Source: Torpedo marmorata | Lineage: Eukaryota | Length of the DNA stretch: 64,000 bases | Reading direction: 5' to 3' | Assembly: GCA_977017645.1 (NCBI GenBank) | Contig: OZ360245.1 | Span: 38,254,001-38,318,000 of the forward strand | Shown here: positions 35,745-48,449 of the stretch, piece by piece | How positions within the stretch are numbered: the first letter of the stretch is position 1 | Layout of the letters: each line of letters begins with the position of its first letter | Notes under the pieces: model-generated | Databases searched by the model: none | Told to the model about the DNA's origin: nothing | The model's input: the letters and a program-made list of their open reading frames with translations, nothing else | Made by a program: the position numbers and the translations under genes

Positions 35745-38074
35745 TATTCAGTGCAGCAGTCTTTGTACAGGCACAGAACACAATGAGAAGTGTCGGAGTC
35801 TTGAGTTAAGTGAATGGTGATGCACATGGTGATGAGCAGAACTGATAGACCTTTAATGGAGTTTACTTTCATTCAGTGAAGGATGTTTTAGTATTAATAA
35901 ATCATAAGCTGTGTACCTTAGGCTGCCTTTATTTTGGCATCTGAATTAAACTTGAACATTCAAAAAACTGCTACCTCCACCATGTCCCATCTGTCCGTCA
36001 CCCCTGGAGTTTGCTGACCTCCACTGATCTTCACCTTGGTTTTCAAATTCTCCGCCTTCTCAGGTCCCACTGTGGCGACAGCTTTCCCCTATCTCAGCCG
36101 CCTTCTCCTCTCCTACCACCTTCTTAGGACTCCACTGTCCTCCAGGCTCAATGTCTTGTACATCCCCAATTGTGATCTCTTACCACTGACGGGCATGCCT
36201 TATGTAATCTAGGTCCAGGACTCTGGAATTCGCAGAACATCTGCTCTAAAGTCACACTCAATGTGATAACTCTCCTCTGGAGAACCTTGGGACATTTTTA
36301 CTTCATTAGAGGTCCTACGTAAATGCAAATCGTTTTTGTTTTCAAACTCTCTGTCTTGATAGGCAGTAAGCTAATGAGAGTGCTTTGAGGTTTTGGAAGG
36401 AACTTCAGCTGAAGCCGACTAGCTGAGAGATACAAGGCAGAGGAAACCCTGCACTCTTAGATGTAGCTTCAAATTCTGGGGAGAGAGGAGTTGTGGTATG
36501 TGTAAACTTTACACTTAATTTGTGTGTATAAATGTAGACCCAGCACGGGTGACAGGAAATGTGTTAGGTAACAGTGAGCAGTTCATTTTACAAGGTCCAT
36601 GGATGTAGAGAAGGGCTGGTTATGCCTGTTGCATTATAGGCTGAGGTGTAGAGTGAAGATTTCTGTTCATGGTGTCATAAATAAAACAGCTTAATGAATC
36701 ACACAGTTCATCAATTTGCTAAGTATGTTTATCTAACATATGATCCATAAAAAAGTGATAAAGAGTAATTTTTTACTGAATATCCTTGTTATTCAGTTCT
36801 CCTTCATTGGTCTTTACTAATAAAGATATATTACAATATAGATTGGAATAGAATGAGGAAAGTTTGTTTTATTGCACTAATTTGAATAGAGATACAGAAA
36901 TAGTTGAGCACCGGAAAGAGCAAACGTTAGCATATTCCCATCTCTGCAGAAACATTGACAGGGACTTGGAGGTGTTAGAAGGATTACTTGCGTGTGAGCT
37001 CATCAGAACTGGTAACCGGAACCCCTCATTCAGAATTATTTTCTCTCTTATCCACTTGACGAGTTTGAGAGCTCATGTCGGAAGGTCATGGGGCACCCAA
37101 AAAAGTCAGAGTTCAGGTTGGGAAGGTTGTTGGAACCATCTGGTCAAGCTTTGCCCTTGAGAAGCTTGGCCCACTACCTTGGAGTAAGATTTAAGGCATG
37201 CAAGTTGATCAAAAACAATTAAAACAGGAGTTGATTGAGAGAAAGGAGGAATGGGATCTAATTTCTGACTTTTTAACCTCTTTTTGCCTCTCTGCGCATT
37301 CAGGGTGTTTAAACTCCTGCCCTCTTGTCAGTTCTGTAAAGGAATAATGTTGATAAAAAATACTTTAGAAGTTTATGAAGGGAACATGTGTTCAGTCTGG
37401 AGAAAGGAAATATCAGGAAAATAATCCAAAAAAAATTGAAGAGGTAGATAGAGGAGTCTGGGAGAGAATTACTGGATCCAAAAAGGCACAATGCAGCGGA
37501 GTCATTAAGTTAGCCACCTTGCACGGTAAGCTGTGAGCATTTGAATGTTTGTCTGCTACTTGTAATCAAGCAAACTGGCACCAATGAGTGAGGCTGTGAC
37601 CCTGGAAAGGAAGGGGCTGTGAGTGTTTGTGTGAACATTTACTGCTCACTCAAACTCATCTGGTTTAGTGAAGGTGACTTTTACTTTGAACTGGAACTAT
37701 TCCCAATGTGGCGCATTTGCCAAAATACTTCAAGACGTAAGGGAATAAAATAAAAACGAGTGAAAAGAATTCAGTTTTTCTGTTCAGTCGGATTCTAGCA
37801 CACAAGGATCACATTTTAGAATTGTTTTTGGCATTCAAAGAGGATCTAATCCAATGGTGAAAAGCATGAAGAGTTCTCCACACCAAAAATTATTAGCAAA
37901 GAACAGAAGGTCAGACAATTGTATAAAACTTGTGATTATATTTTCTAATAATGATTCATCTAAAAGTAAAATGTTAACATTTTAAATTACTGACTAACGA
38001 GGTAATAAAAATTGCAATTATTGTTGTGCTTTGACTGACAAGCGTGTAACTGAGCTGTCACTCTTTGTTTGCAG

Positions 38075-38104
38075 TTGACAGATCCATTCAGACCAATGCT
38101 GAGG
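38075..38104 (+). CDS. AUTS2: AUTS2 30-nt exon (human exon 13 equivalent)
   Basis: GTTTGCAG|TTG ACA GAT CCA TTC AGA CCA ATG CTG AGG|GTAAGA = LTDPFRPMLR. Confidence 0.95.
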
Positions 38105-38915
38105 GTAAGAATTTTTCCTCTGGAATTATAATCCGTCTGTTTGTCCCCTCTGAGAATGAAAGTTGATGAATGATTGAGAAATTATTGCTGTAAATTAGAT
38201 CACCAAGCCCCTGTTATTTCAGCACGCTGTGATTGAAAACAGAGTGAAGTGTGACAATGACCATTTTCAGGTCATTTTGTGACTGAGTAGAAATTGAACC
38301 GGCCACTTCGCTTGCTGAGCCTCTCACGATTTCCGCAAGAAATGCACAACAGCTTAAAAGGAGAATTGCAGCACTTGGGATGGGTAGGTTGGGAGAGGCC
38401 ATGCTCACAAGCACTCACAGGAGATCAGTTATGCATTTCATTGTGATTTTCCAATTTTCTTAAAAATAAACGTGCATGAGATTTCTCAATCATTTTCACA
38501 ACAGAAGTGGGTGCTATTGAATGCTTTTGGAAAGTGGCAGAGGTGTGGTTGTAGAACTTGAACCCAGGATAAGAATTTTTGATTAAATTGCGGGAGGTGC
38601 GTGACAACAAATTGCGGGAGGTCAACAAATTGCGACTGGAAGTCTGATTGGAAGTGGACCGTTTAGGACGTCGGTGGTTTGGTTTGATGTTGTTCAATAG
38701 GTTGTCCACTCTTCCTTTTTAAAAGATCCAAAGGCTTACAGCTGCAGCAAATTTTAATCCAGAGGTTTGATGTACAGAGGGAAGACTGCATTGAGTAACA
38801 GCAGCAACCTATGTTAGCAGCTATTAGAATGGATTCATGAAGGGGAATCAAAGTGGACCTCTCTATTGGAAGTCTGAGCCAAAATATCCATTGTTTATAT
38901 CTGAGGTTGATGTGA

Positions 38916-39071
<156 letters not shown>

Positions 39072-39794
39072 TGAGTGCTACCTTAAATGCCTTGTGCTCA
39101 CCACTCATTCTGTGGGCGAGGGAGTTACAGGAGCTGGACTGACTGAGAGGAGTGGGTGTTCTAAACCACACGAGTCACTCAACCTATAAGGAAAACTTCA
39201 TTCTAATATCTTCCCTGCAATAGTGCCATTGTTCATTTCCTTCCTTTGCGTGAGTTTTTATTGTAATTATACTTCATGCGGGAGCCCACTTACATTTGTT
39301 TCAGAGCTGTTTTCCAATGGTGTATTGGGACTTGGTTGAAGTTCACTGGAAGGCAATAATTTGTGGACCATTATGGGGAGGCTCCAAATATATCGTGAGA
39401 TACTTTGTTCCTTCTCCCTGCCGCAGTTGATCAAACGTTTGATCATTTCCACTTCCCTCTGCTGAACTTCTCAAGAACCCCAGTTGAGGCCGATGGATTG
39501 GACATTTTGCTTGTAGTTCTCAAGGGGAACTGTGTGAAATGAGTTTGGTTCATCTCCATCCACGCCGTTGTGGCCATGAATTGAGAGAGGGAACTCATCT
39601 TGAAACTAAACTGAGATTCTAGAATCATTAACATGGAAAATCATACATAAGTTGGAGTAAGACAACCTGTACCAAGGTTCAGGTGCTTTGTTAGTTTGTG
39701 TAAGAGGGATTTATGTTATACTTACTGTGCTTGGGAGTGCACAAGCAGTGTCTAAAGTGGGTAAAGTTTGATCTTGGTAGTAATGGTCTAACCC

Positions 39795-39969
39795 TGTACA
39801 CAAAAGTGCTGGAGAAACTCAGCAGGTCATCAAAAGCAAAAGAAGGGCTCAGGCCCGAAACGTTGCCTGCCTTTTGCTTTTTCTGGATGGTGCGCGGCCA
39901 GCTGCATTTCTCCAGTTCTTTTGTGTACTGCACTAGGCCCCAGCATGTGCAGATTTCCTGTTTACATCC
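39795..39969. mobile_element. Short fold-back PLE pLTR insertion
   Basis: TACACAAAAGTGCTGGAGAAA..TTTCTCCAGTTCTTTTGTGTA inverted arms; degenerate 13-bp TSD AATGGTCTAACCC / AATGGTCCGACCC. Confidence 0.8.
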
Positions 39970-40499
39970 AATGGTCCGACCCCGGTAGTGATAAGTTCTG
40001 GTGATTCACAAACGCTGGCGAATAGTGTCAATGAATTGGACTGTGTCAGACTTGAATACATGGGCCCCAGTAGAGGAAAACTGTGAACACTATCAGTTCC
40101 AAATGAAGAAAATAATAAACAAAATACAGTCGTCAGAAGGTTTTATAAAAAAGCACCACATTTCATCCCATGTCCAGTTGTAGGTTAATGCTATGCAGTG
40201 ACAACTTCCTCCCAGTGTGGGATGGTAGTGTTCACTCCACATCCTGCTCATTCTTATTTGAAAGGTATGGAAGGTGCCTTTGGAGTGGTCTGGGCTGATG
40301 ACTGAGACATGAGTTGACACACCATTTGAATTCTGGAGTAAAAAGCTTGTAACGGCACTGATTTACCACAGCTTACAAACAAATAAAGAATACACTCACT
40401 CGTTTCTTTCAGCACACCATGAAGTCGACTTTCTTTTATTATTCACTAGACACAACATTGCATTCTTCAACTCCCCAAACACCACCCAGCCAAACCCCT

Positions 40500-40683
40500 C
40501 TGACCTTCTCATTGGCTCACCGCCACACGGGTGATCCTGACACTCACTCTCCTCCTCCTGCGTCTGAGATTCATCACCTGTATACTGACACTTAACACAC
40601 CCGCGCATGCGTGCTTTTACTCCCGCGTGTCACATCGCTTATGTCACCAGCGGCGGCCGGCACCGCTCCCGGCGAAGGTAAGT
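40500..40683 (+). promoter_or_regulatory. Candidate internal promoter / alternative first exon (CpG cluster ending at a consensus splice donor)
   Basis: About 19 CpGs within 40520-40710; ATTGG (reverse CCAAT) 40511; NRF1-like CGCGCATGCGTG 40602-40613; GAAG|GTAAGT at 40677/40678; no TE hallmark seen. Confidence 0.5.
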
Positions 40684-41140
40684 ACGCGACCGTGACAAGC
40701 ACTGCGAACCATATGATGCATTATCATAAAAACATATTTTTTTACGTTAGGGGAAGGAAGTTGTTAACCTTACTTGGTCTGGTCTGTGATTCCACACCCA
40801 CATCCGTTCCTCCTTCAGCCATCCACTGGAAGTAAACCTCTCCATACATCCTTCTTTAAAAAAAAATGTATCGAATTAACCCAAATTGGAATAAAAAATG
40901 CTTTAATTGCTTAAAAATTGGATGATTGAAGCCATTTTGAATTCAGATTAGATGGAACACGAGCTTATTGTGTGTTGTTTGTTCGTGTTCTTTCAAAATT
41001 TCTGTGGGAGAATTTGCTCACACTGTGCCTGTCACTCTTCGGAGTGGTGCCAAGGGGGACGGGGGTGGGGGGGAAGGATTTTAAAAGGAAAATGGAACAA
41101 GGTGAAAGGTATCAAGCAATTTTGTGCTTGCCTCTTGCAG

Positions 41141-41282
41141 CAACAGATACAGTCAGATCCACACAAACTCGACTTCGGCCTGAAACCAGAGTTCCTGAGC
41201 AGACCACCGGGTCCCAACATGTTTGGAGCTATCCACCATCCCCATGAGCTGGCACGTCCTGCAACCCTCTTCTCCACTGCCG
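41141..41282 (+). CDS. AUTS2: AUTS2 142-nt exon (human exon 15 equivalent)
   Basis: CTCTTGCAG|..G|GTAAGG; [47 protein letters not shown]; phase 0 in, phase 1 out. Confidence 0.97.
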
Positions 41283-41834
41283 GTAAGGAATAGCTGTTAA
41301 TTGTGTGATTGTCGTCGCAGGGGTCACAAACTGCTCAGTCTGTGTAAGCCACGAACAGTTCCCTTTTGACACCAAAGGTCCTGTTATCCATGCAGTCACC
41401 ACCAGATGGCACCACGGGCATTCCCTTGAATTCCATTGTGCAGAGAACAGTTCTTTCAAGTAAAAAGACACTACACATTCGGTGTATATTTTAAAATATA
41501 TTGTTAGATTTTTAAAAAATATTCACTTTCAGCAATGCATACATTGAAAAACCTTCTGTTTATAGAGCATGTTAAATAGCATCACAGCCAAATATTTTTA
41601 AGGTGAAATCACTGCTGTATGAAATGCTGTATCCAAATTGTACAAGGAAAACTCCCAAAAATAATGCATTGATTGAGGGATAACTTTGGAGTAACTTCCC
41701 ATGTTGTGTCACACTTGCATTAAGGAGTAGTTGGGTTTTCATTTCAAAGTCTCATCCAAAGGTCACCACTTCCAATATTCATGCACTCCTTACATGCACA
41801 TCTCATTGTTCCCTGGACTGCCAGCTTGAATGTC

Positions 41835-42252
41835 CACAGAACATAGAAATCACAGCAAAGTACAGGCTCTTCAGCCCACAGTGTTGTGCCGACCTAATTA
41901 CCTACTCCAACAACTGCCTAGAATTTTCCTCCTGCATTAATCGTCCATTTTTCTCAGTTCCACGTACCTATCTAATAGTCTCTTAAACGATTCTATTGTA
42001 CCAGCCTCCACCACCGTTGCCGGCAGCACATTCCATGCGCCTACCCCTCTCTGTGTGAAAAACGTACCTCTTACACCCTCCCTCCCCCCTCCGTACTTAT
42101 TCCCAAGCACCATAAATCTTTGCCCCCTTGTTTTAGCCATTTCAGCCCTGGGAGAAAGCCTCTGGCCGTCCACACGATCAATGCCTCTCATCATCTTATA
42201 CACCTCTATCAGGTCACGCTCCAAGGAGAAAAGACCAAGTTCACTCAACTTA
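41835..42252 (-). mobile_element. CR1 LINE 3' fragment
   Basis: ORF 41937..42248 LGLFSLE..DLIEVYKMMRGIDRVD..TRG..FFTQR.V.AWN.LP. Confidence 0.9.
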
Positions 42253-42989
42253 TATTGAGTGCCTCACACAATGCTTGAAGTTGCAATATTTCATGTAGTG
42301 AAATACTCTCCCCCCCACCCCCAAACTGAACAACAGCTGATGCCAACAATAAGCAGGCTAAATGCTTGACAGGGAAATTGAGTGGAAAAAAAAGCTCCGT
42401 ACTTTTTTACAATGGTGACTGCACTTCCACAGTTATTTTTTGTGAAGTGTTTTGAGATGTTCTGAGGTATGGGAAGGTGTTTAAATAAATACAATGTTTA
42501 ATTTCTTAAAAAGTAAAACAAGACTGCCTCTGAATCATGCCTGTTCTATTCCTGTCATCTTGGCTTCCCCTCCCTAGGAATTTTCTGGGACTACTCTCGC
42601 TTTCTCATGAATATATTAAAGACCAAATACTCAACTGGTCATCCCTCAGTAAATAAAACCAGAAAGGAGTGTCAAAGCCCCAATAGTTAGGAGCAAAAAT
42701 CATGAAGCTTCCCTTTTCTTGGTCTCCCTCTTTGTCCGCTCTCTCTCTTTCTCCACTGATCCACCTTTTTCTCCCTCTTCCCTTGACTTTTTCTATTTAT
42801 CTCTCTTTCCTGCCCCCTGCATTTATATCTGGGCCACCCTTTGTTTCTCAGTCTGCAGCTGGTAGTCCACTTCTCGGGCCCTTTCATGACCGCACACCTT
42901 TGGACAGGCAAACAGATAGTTTCCACCACAACATTTTCCCAAGGGAAAATAGAATAGTCTATGGATCGGGATGTAAATACAGCAAGTAA

Positions 42990-43745
42990 TTCAGTAGCTA
43001 CAGGGATAGAGCATAAAAATATGAAAGTTTTGCTCCAACTGTATGGGCATTGCGAGACGACTCACAGACTATTATGCAGATTTGGTCTCCCTATTTACGT
43101 GTGGATGTGCCTCTGTTGGACGCAGGTTATTGAGAGTGCACTTGGCTGGTTGCCAGGATAGAGGGCACGTCTTATGGGCAAAAAAAGGTTGAGCAAGTTG
43201 GCCTGAATTTGCTGATCCTTTGAAAAGTGAGATGAGATCTCACTGGATGTTTCCGCTCGTTGGAATATCTGGAAGCAAGGGATGTAGTTTCAAACAAGGG
43301 GTCAATGGTTCAGGATGAAGACGAGGAGGAATTTCTTAGACATACAGCATACATACAGAACGGTTATAGGCCCTTCCGGCCCATGAGCCCGTGCCGCCCA
43401 AATATACCCAATTAACCGACAACCCACTCGTACGTTTTGAAGAGTGGGAGGAAACCGGAGATCCCGGAGGAAACCCACGCAGACACGGGGAGAACATACA
43501 AACTCTTAACAGACAGCAGCGGATTCGAACCCAGGTCGCTGGCACTGTAACAGTGTTGCGTCAACCGCTACGCTAACTGTTCTCAGGGAGAATTCTGAAT
43601 CTTAGGAGTTCTCAACCCAGGGCAGCCAAGGAGGCCAAGCCTTTGAATGTACTCGAGGATGAGACAGAAAGGTTTTTTGGATTATCGTGGAGTCGATGGT
43701 TACAGGGAACTAGAGTTGAACGCACAATCAGATCAGCTATGAAAT
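42990..43745 (+). mobile_element. Old CR1 fragment with a nested V-SINE
   Basis: GGGATAGAGCATAAAAAT..TTTGGTCTCCCTATTTA..AGGAGGAATTTCT[SINE]TTCTCAGGGAG..AGATCAGCTATGA. Confidence 0.65.
43336..43579 (-). mobile_element. V-SINE
   Basis: Same consensus as 16811-17071. Confidence 0.9.
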
Positions 43746-44010
43746 GCTGTAGTCAACTTGCACATATATTTATATATTTGCATTCCTATTTCTGTTTAAT
43801 ATGAATCAATTCTGCAATTAAACTCCCAGCCTGGTACTTAATAATGTAGTTTGTAGTCTGAGGTAACTTAAAATTTTTATTTTATTTTTAAATGTTAAAT
43901 TTTTGGGGGGGGGGGGGTGAAAATATATCACATGTATTTTGATAATTTTGCATTTTATAATATGTATTATCGAGTGATTTAAAATTTTAAATAAAATATT
44001 TTAAAAAAAA

Positions 44011-44274
44011 TTAAAATTTTACATTTAGACGTACAGCACGGTAACAGGCCATTTCGGCCCACGAGTCCGTGCCGCCCAATTTACACCCCATTAACCTACA
44101 CCCCCGGTATGTTTTGAACGGTGGGAGGAAACCGGAGCCCCTGGAGAAACCCACGCAGACACGGGGAGAACGTACAAACTCCTTACAGACAGCGCGGGAT
44201 TTGAACCCCTGTCCGGACCCGATCGCTGGCGCTGTAAAGGCATTGCGCTAACCACTACGCCAACCGTGCCGCCC
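44011..44274 (-). mobile_element. V-SINE, full length
   Basis: - strand starts GGGCGGCACGGTTGGCGTAGTGGTTAGCGC; V-domain; CR1-like tail; abuts an A-tailed fragment at about 43905-44010. Confidence 0.92.
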
Positions 44275-44489
44275 TATAATGCAACTATAACTATAATGCA
44301 ACCGTAACTATAATGCAATGCACTGTCTCCATATCTCCGTAACATCTTCAAGAGGCAACAATTTAAGGAGTGCTTTATTTCACAAAGTGGTTCTATGAGT
44401 CCAGTGCAGAATGGTGCAGGTTGAAAGGTTTTAGTGCAGATGCTTCCCTGCTAATTCTGAGGAATGCTAACTGTGCTGTCTATTTGTAG

Positions 44490-44567
44490 GCACCACGCAT
44501 CCGACTGGAAACCCGTTTGGACCTTCTCCTCATCACAACAGCTTCCTGAGCCCGGCTGCTCATTTAG
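44490..44567 (+). CDS. AUTS2: AUTS2 78-nt exon (human exon 16 equivalent)
   Basis: ATTTGTAG|..TTA G|GTAATC; (G)[25 protein letters not shown]; phase 1/1. Confidence 0.95.
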
Positions 44568-45004
44568 GTAATCATGGCACGGCCTGTCCGCGGGGAAACC
44601 TCTGGGTAACCAGTTCACTGACACAAGCAATTCCCAGCAATCTGCAGGACTGCCTGCTCTGCCAAAGTGTGCCCTGGGGTGAATAGTTCCCTCTTAGGTG
44701 CAGCTGGTTCTGTCGAACTGGCTGAATTTATCATGTAAAAAAATATTCCATTCTTTAAGGTTCAGTGTAAATCTTGGATCTTATTTCAATGCACCATTCT
44801 ATGAATTGCTCATCAGTGGACTGTAACCCACGAAGTTATATAAATTTGCATTACACTGTTATAGATATCAAATTAAACTTCAGATATGTATTTGATGCAC
44901 CTCAGACCTCCCATGACAAGTTGATAAATATTGATGTCACAGAATGAACCTTGCCAGATCTTCCATCTGTCTTGTGCTTACGATTAGAAAACAATGCTGT
45001 TGCA

Positions 45005-45577
45005 AGGAGTTGGGATGTTATGGTGAGGTTGTAGAAGACATTGGTGAGGCCAAATTTGGAGTATTATGTGCAGTTCTGGTCGCCAAACTACAGGAAGGAT
45101 ATCAGTAAGATTGAAAGAGTGCAGAGAAGATGTTGCCGGGTCTTCAGGAGTTGAGTTACAGGGAAAGATTGAACAGGTTAGGACTTTATTCCTTGGAGCG
45201 TAGAAGAATGAGGGGAGATTTGATAGAGGTTTACAAAATTATGAGAGGTATAGACAGAGTAAATGCGAGTAGGCTCTTTCCACTTAGATTAGGAGAGATA
45301 AATACGAGAGGACATGGCTTTAGGGTGAAAGGGGAAAGGATTAGGGGGAACATCTTCACTCAGAGAGTGGTGGGAGTGTGGAATGAGCTGCCATCTGACG
45401 TGGTAAATGTGGGCTCACTCTTAAGTTTTGAGAATAAATTGGATAGATACATGGATGGGAGAGGTCTGGAGGGTTACGGAGTGGGTGCAGGTCAGTGGGA
45501 CTAGCGGAATGATGTTTCGGCACAGACTAGAAGGGCTGAATGGCCTGTTTCTGTGCTGTAGTGGTCTATGGTTCTAA
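45005..45577 (+). mobile_element. CR1 LINE 3' fragment
   Basis: ORF 45130..45504 LPGLQELSYRERLNRLGLYSLERRRMRGDLIEVYKI..; tail GTCTATGGTTCTA. Confidence 0.92.
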
Positions 45578-45987
45578 GGTGGGATGAAGGAATCAATCAT
45601 CTCTGATAATGGCCTGCAGTGGTAGGGAGTGGCAGGCGATGGCGCCGTTGAGACCACAAACCCAGCGGTTTCACTCATTGGTGTTGCTGCTCCGGTAATG
45701 GCAAACGTTACTGACAAGCATTTAATGGGGCATCGAGAGGGACCATGGGCTGGGTGCCGGGAAGAAGACTGCTGGAGTCTTCCTTTTGGCCGAAAGTATT
45801 ATTTAAAGTCAGAAGTCCTTGGCAATCTTCAGAAAATTTGGTGCAGCTGCCCAATAACTTTCGCTATCCAATGTCCATTTTATGGGATGTGGACATGGCT
45901 GGCAAGGCCAGCTTCTTTTTTTGCACATCCCTGATGGCCCTAGAGAAAGTATCGACGAGCTGACATCATGAGGCCACTGTAGTCCTT

Positions 45988-46237
45988 TTTAATTTTTTAA
46001 AAATTTAGACACGGTAACAGGCCATTTCGGCCCACGAGTCCGTGCCGCCCAATTTACTCCCAATTAACCTACACCCCCGGTGCGTTTTGAAGGGTGGGAG
46101 GAAACCGGAGCCCCCGGGGAAAACCCACGCAGACACGGGGAGAACGTACAAACTCCTTACAGACAGGATTCGAACCCCGGTCCCGATCGCTGGTGCTGTA
46201 ATGGTGTTGCGCTGACCGCTACGCCAACCGTGCCGCT
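45988..46237 (-). mobile_element. V-SINE, within an older LINE remnant (about 45880-46800)
   Basis: Same consensus as 44011-44274. Confidence 0.9.
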
Positions 46238-46344
46238 TCTGGTAAAGATCTTCCCACAATGCTGTTGGGTTGAAAGCTCCAGAATGTTTGAATGCAGGGA
46301 TGATGAAGAAATGGCAATCGATGGCCAGGTCATGATGGTGTGCT

Positions 46345-46691
46345 TGTAAAAAAACACAAATGCTGGAGAAACTCAGCAGGTCAAACAGTGTCTTTTATGC
46401 AGCAAAGGTAGAAATACATAACCGACGTTTCGGGCTTGAGCCCTTCATCAAAGTATGAGAAAATGCCGGCAGGCGTCCGAACAAAAGAGTGAGGGAGGGG
46501 GAAGGGGGGGTGGCAAAGGCAGGAGATGATAGGTGGAGAAAGGAGGGAGGGGACAGCAGCAAAGAGGGGGAGGAGGGATGGCTGGGTGGGTGGAAAAAAA
46601 ACTGGAAGGACAGGTAAGGGGGGAGGGGAAGGAAAAGGCAAGCAGGTTTAGTGGATAGCAGAATGGTTTAGTAGAAAGTAGAAAGAAAAAG
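46345..46691 (-). mobile_element. PLE 3' UTR/pLTR, 5'-truncated; hammerhead motif at 46417-46457 (-)
   Basis: Reverse complement of about 51800-52120; 14-bp TSD CATGATGGTGTGCT at 46331-46344 and 46692-46705. Confidence 0.92.
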
Positions 46692-47137
46692 CATGATGGT
46701 GTGCTGGTGGAAGGGGGACCCTGCAGATGGTGGTGATGCCATGTTCCTGGTCCTTGGTGCTGGAGGTCACGGGTTTGGGAGGTGCAGTGAGAGTATCCCA
46801 GAAGAGGGACGGTGGGGAACTTTGACACAACATCAGCCGGGGAGTGGACAGATAAGATGCTGGAAGAGCTGTCAGTCAAGTTCTTGAGTAGACAAGTGAG
46901 GAACTACAGTGGAACAGGTGCAGAAAGAACAGCTACCATGCCGGAGATTGTATCACATGACTTTGTCCCTCCAATCAGCCTTCCTGCCACAGAGCAGTGC
47001 TTTCAACAGTCAATTAGAAAGGGAACCGGGTCTCGTTATCATGTGAGATGTGACTGTGCCAGAACACCACTGCCACCCTACTCCAGTACATCTATGAGCA
47101 ATAAGCAGAGCACATTGAAGTAAAACTTGTTTATTGT

Positions 47138-47378
47138 TTTAAATTTTAATTTAAAGATGCAGCACAGTAACAGGCCCCTGTGGCCCACAAACCCGTGCTG
47201 CCCAAATACGCCCAATATACCTACCAACTCTAGACATTTTGCAATATGGGAAGAAACCAGAGCACCCAGGGAAAACCCACATCGACATGGAGAGAACATG
47301 CAAACTCCTTACAGAGAGTACCGGATTTGAACCCGGATCGCTGGCGCTGTAATAGCGTTGCGCTAAGCGTTACGCCCT
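47138..47378 (-). mobile_element. V-SINE (diverged)
   Basis: CAGCACAGTAACAGGCCC..GAGAACATGCAAACTCCTTACAGA..GGATTTGAACCC. Confidence 0.85.
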
Positions 47379-47620
47379 TAGTTCTGGAATGTGACGCCTG
47401 GGTTGCTTCCTGAGGTGTTCAGATATTTCTCCTCATTTCCTGCAGGCTCAGGGTAGCCCCTTCTTAGGAGCTGGGAAAGGTGCAGGGTTAAATGGAGCCT
47501 CTCACCCCAGCCCAAAGTTTCAAATCTCATTGTTTTGAGCAGAGCTGTTCAGGTCAAGGATGATCACACAGTCCATTGGAGCATCTCCATGGCAACAAAC
47601 AATCAAAGTTTTTGAGAACC

Positions 47621-48230
47621 TAGGAGTTGAGTTACAGGGAAAGATTAAACAGGTTAGGACTTTAGGGAAAGACTTTAGGGAAAGACTTTAGGGAAAGACT
47701 TTAGGGAAAGATTTTAGGGAAAGGCTTGAGGGAAAGATTAGGACAGGTTAGGACTTTAGGGAAAGACTTCAGGGAAAGATTTTGAGAACCAAGGAGTTGA
47801 GTTACAGGAAAAGATTAAACAGGTTAGGACTTTATTCCTTGGAGCGTTGAAGAATGAGGGGAGATTTAATAGACATTTACAAAATTATGAGGGGTATAGA
47901 CAGAGTAAATGCGAGTAGGTTCTTTCCACTGAGATTAGGAGAGATAAATACAAGAGGACATGGCTTTAGGGTGAAAGGGGAAAGGTTTAGGGGGAACATT
48001 AGGGGGGAACCTTTTCACTCAGAGAGTGGTGGGAGTGTGAAACGAGCTGCCATCTGATGTGGTAAATGCCGGCTCACTCTGAAGTTTTAAAAATAAACTG
48101 GATAGATACATGGATGGGAGAGGTCTGGAGGGTTATGGAATGGGTGCAGGTCAGTGGGACTAGCGGTATGGTGTTTTCGGCACAGACTAGAAGGGCCTGT
48201 TTTCTGTGCTGTAGCGTTCTATGGTGCTAG
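47621..48230 (+). mobile_element. CR1 3' fragment with a tandem-repeat scar at its 5' junction
   Basis: 47792-48230 matches 45146-45577; 47621-47790 is a patchwork of CTTTAGGGAAAGA 13-mers and duplicated junction sequence. Confidence 0.9.
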
Positions 48231-48449
48231 GGCATTACGTGATGGGCCACGATCGTCGTGTTTAATGAGATAACTTCAGAAGAGAACTAGCATTTCAAAA
48301 CAGTGCCTCTGTTTTGTTCTGCAGACCACTGAGGGTAGCAGAATTGTGTTCCACCATAGTCTGCAACCTTGTAGACCAGCTGTGACAGGAGAAAGTCCAA
48401 CCAATGGTATTGACATCGACAAATGCGGGCACATCAACATCATAAACGT

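Noticed and set aside
44230-44274. tRNA gene
   Set aside because: The tRNA-like head runs into the V-domain and CR1-like tail, so it is a SINE.
47660-47775. TTAGGG hexamers suggesting an interstitial telomere
   Set aside because: They sit in a 13-bp period explained by joining two adjacent CR1 words; there are no contiguous (TTAGGG)n units.
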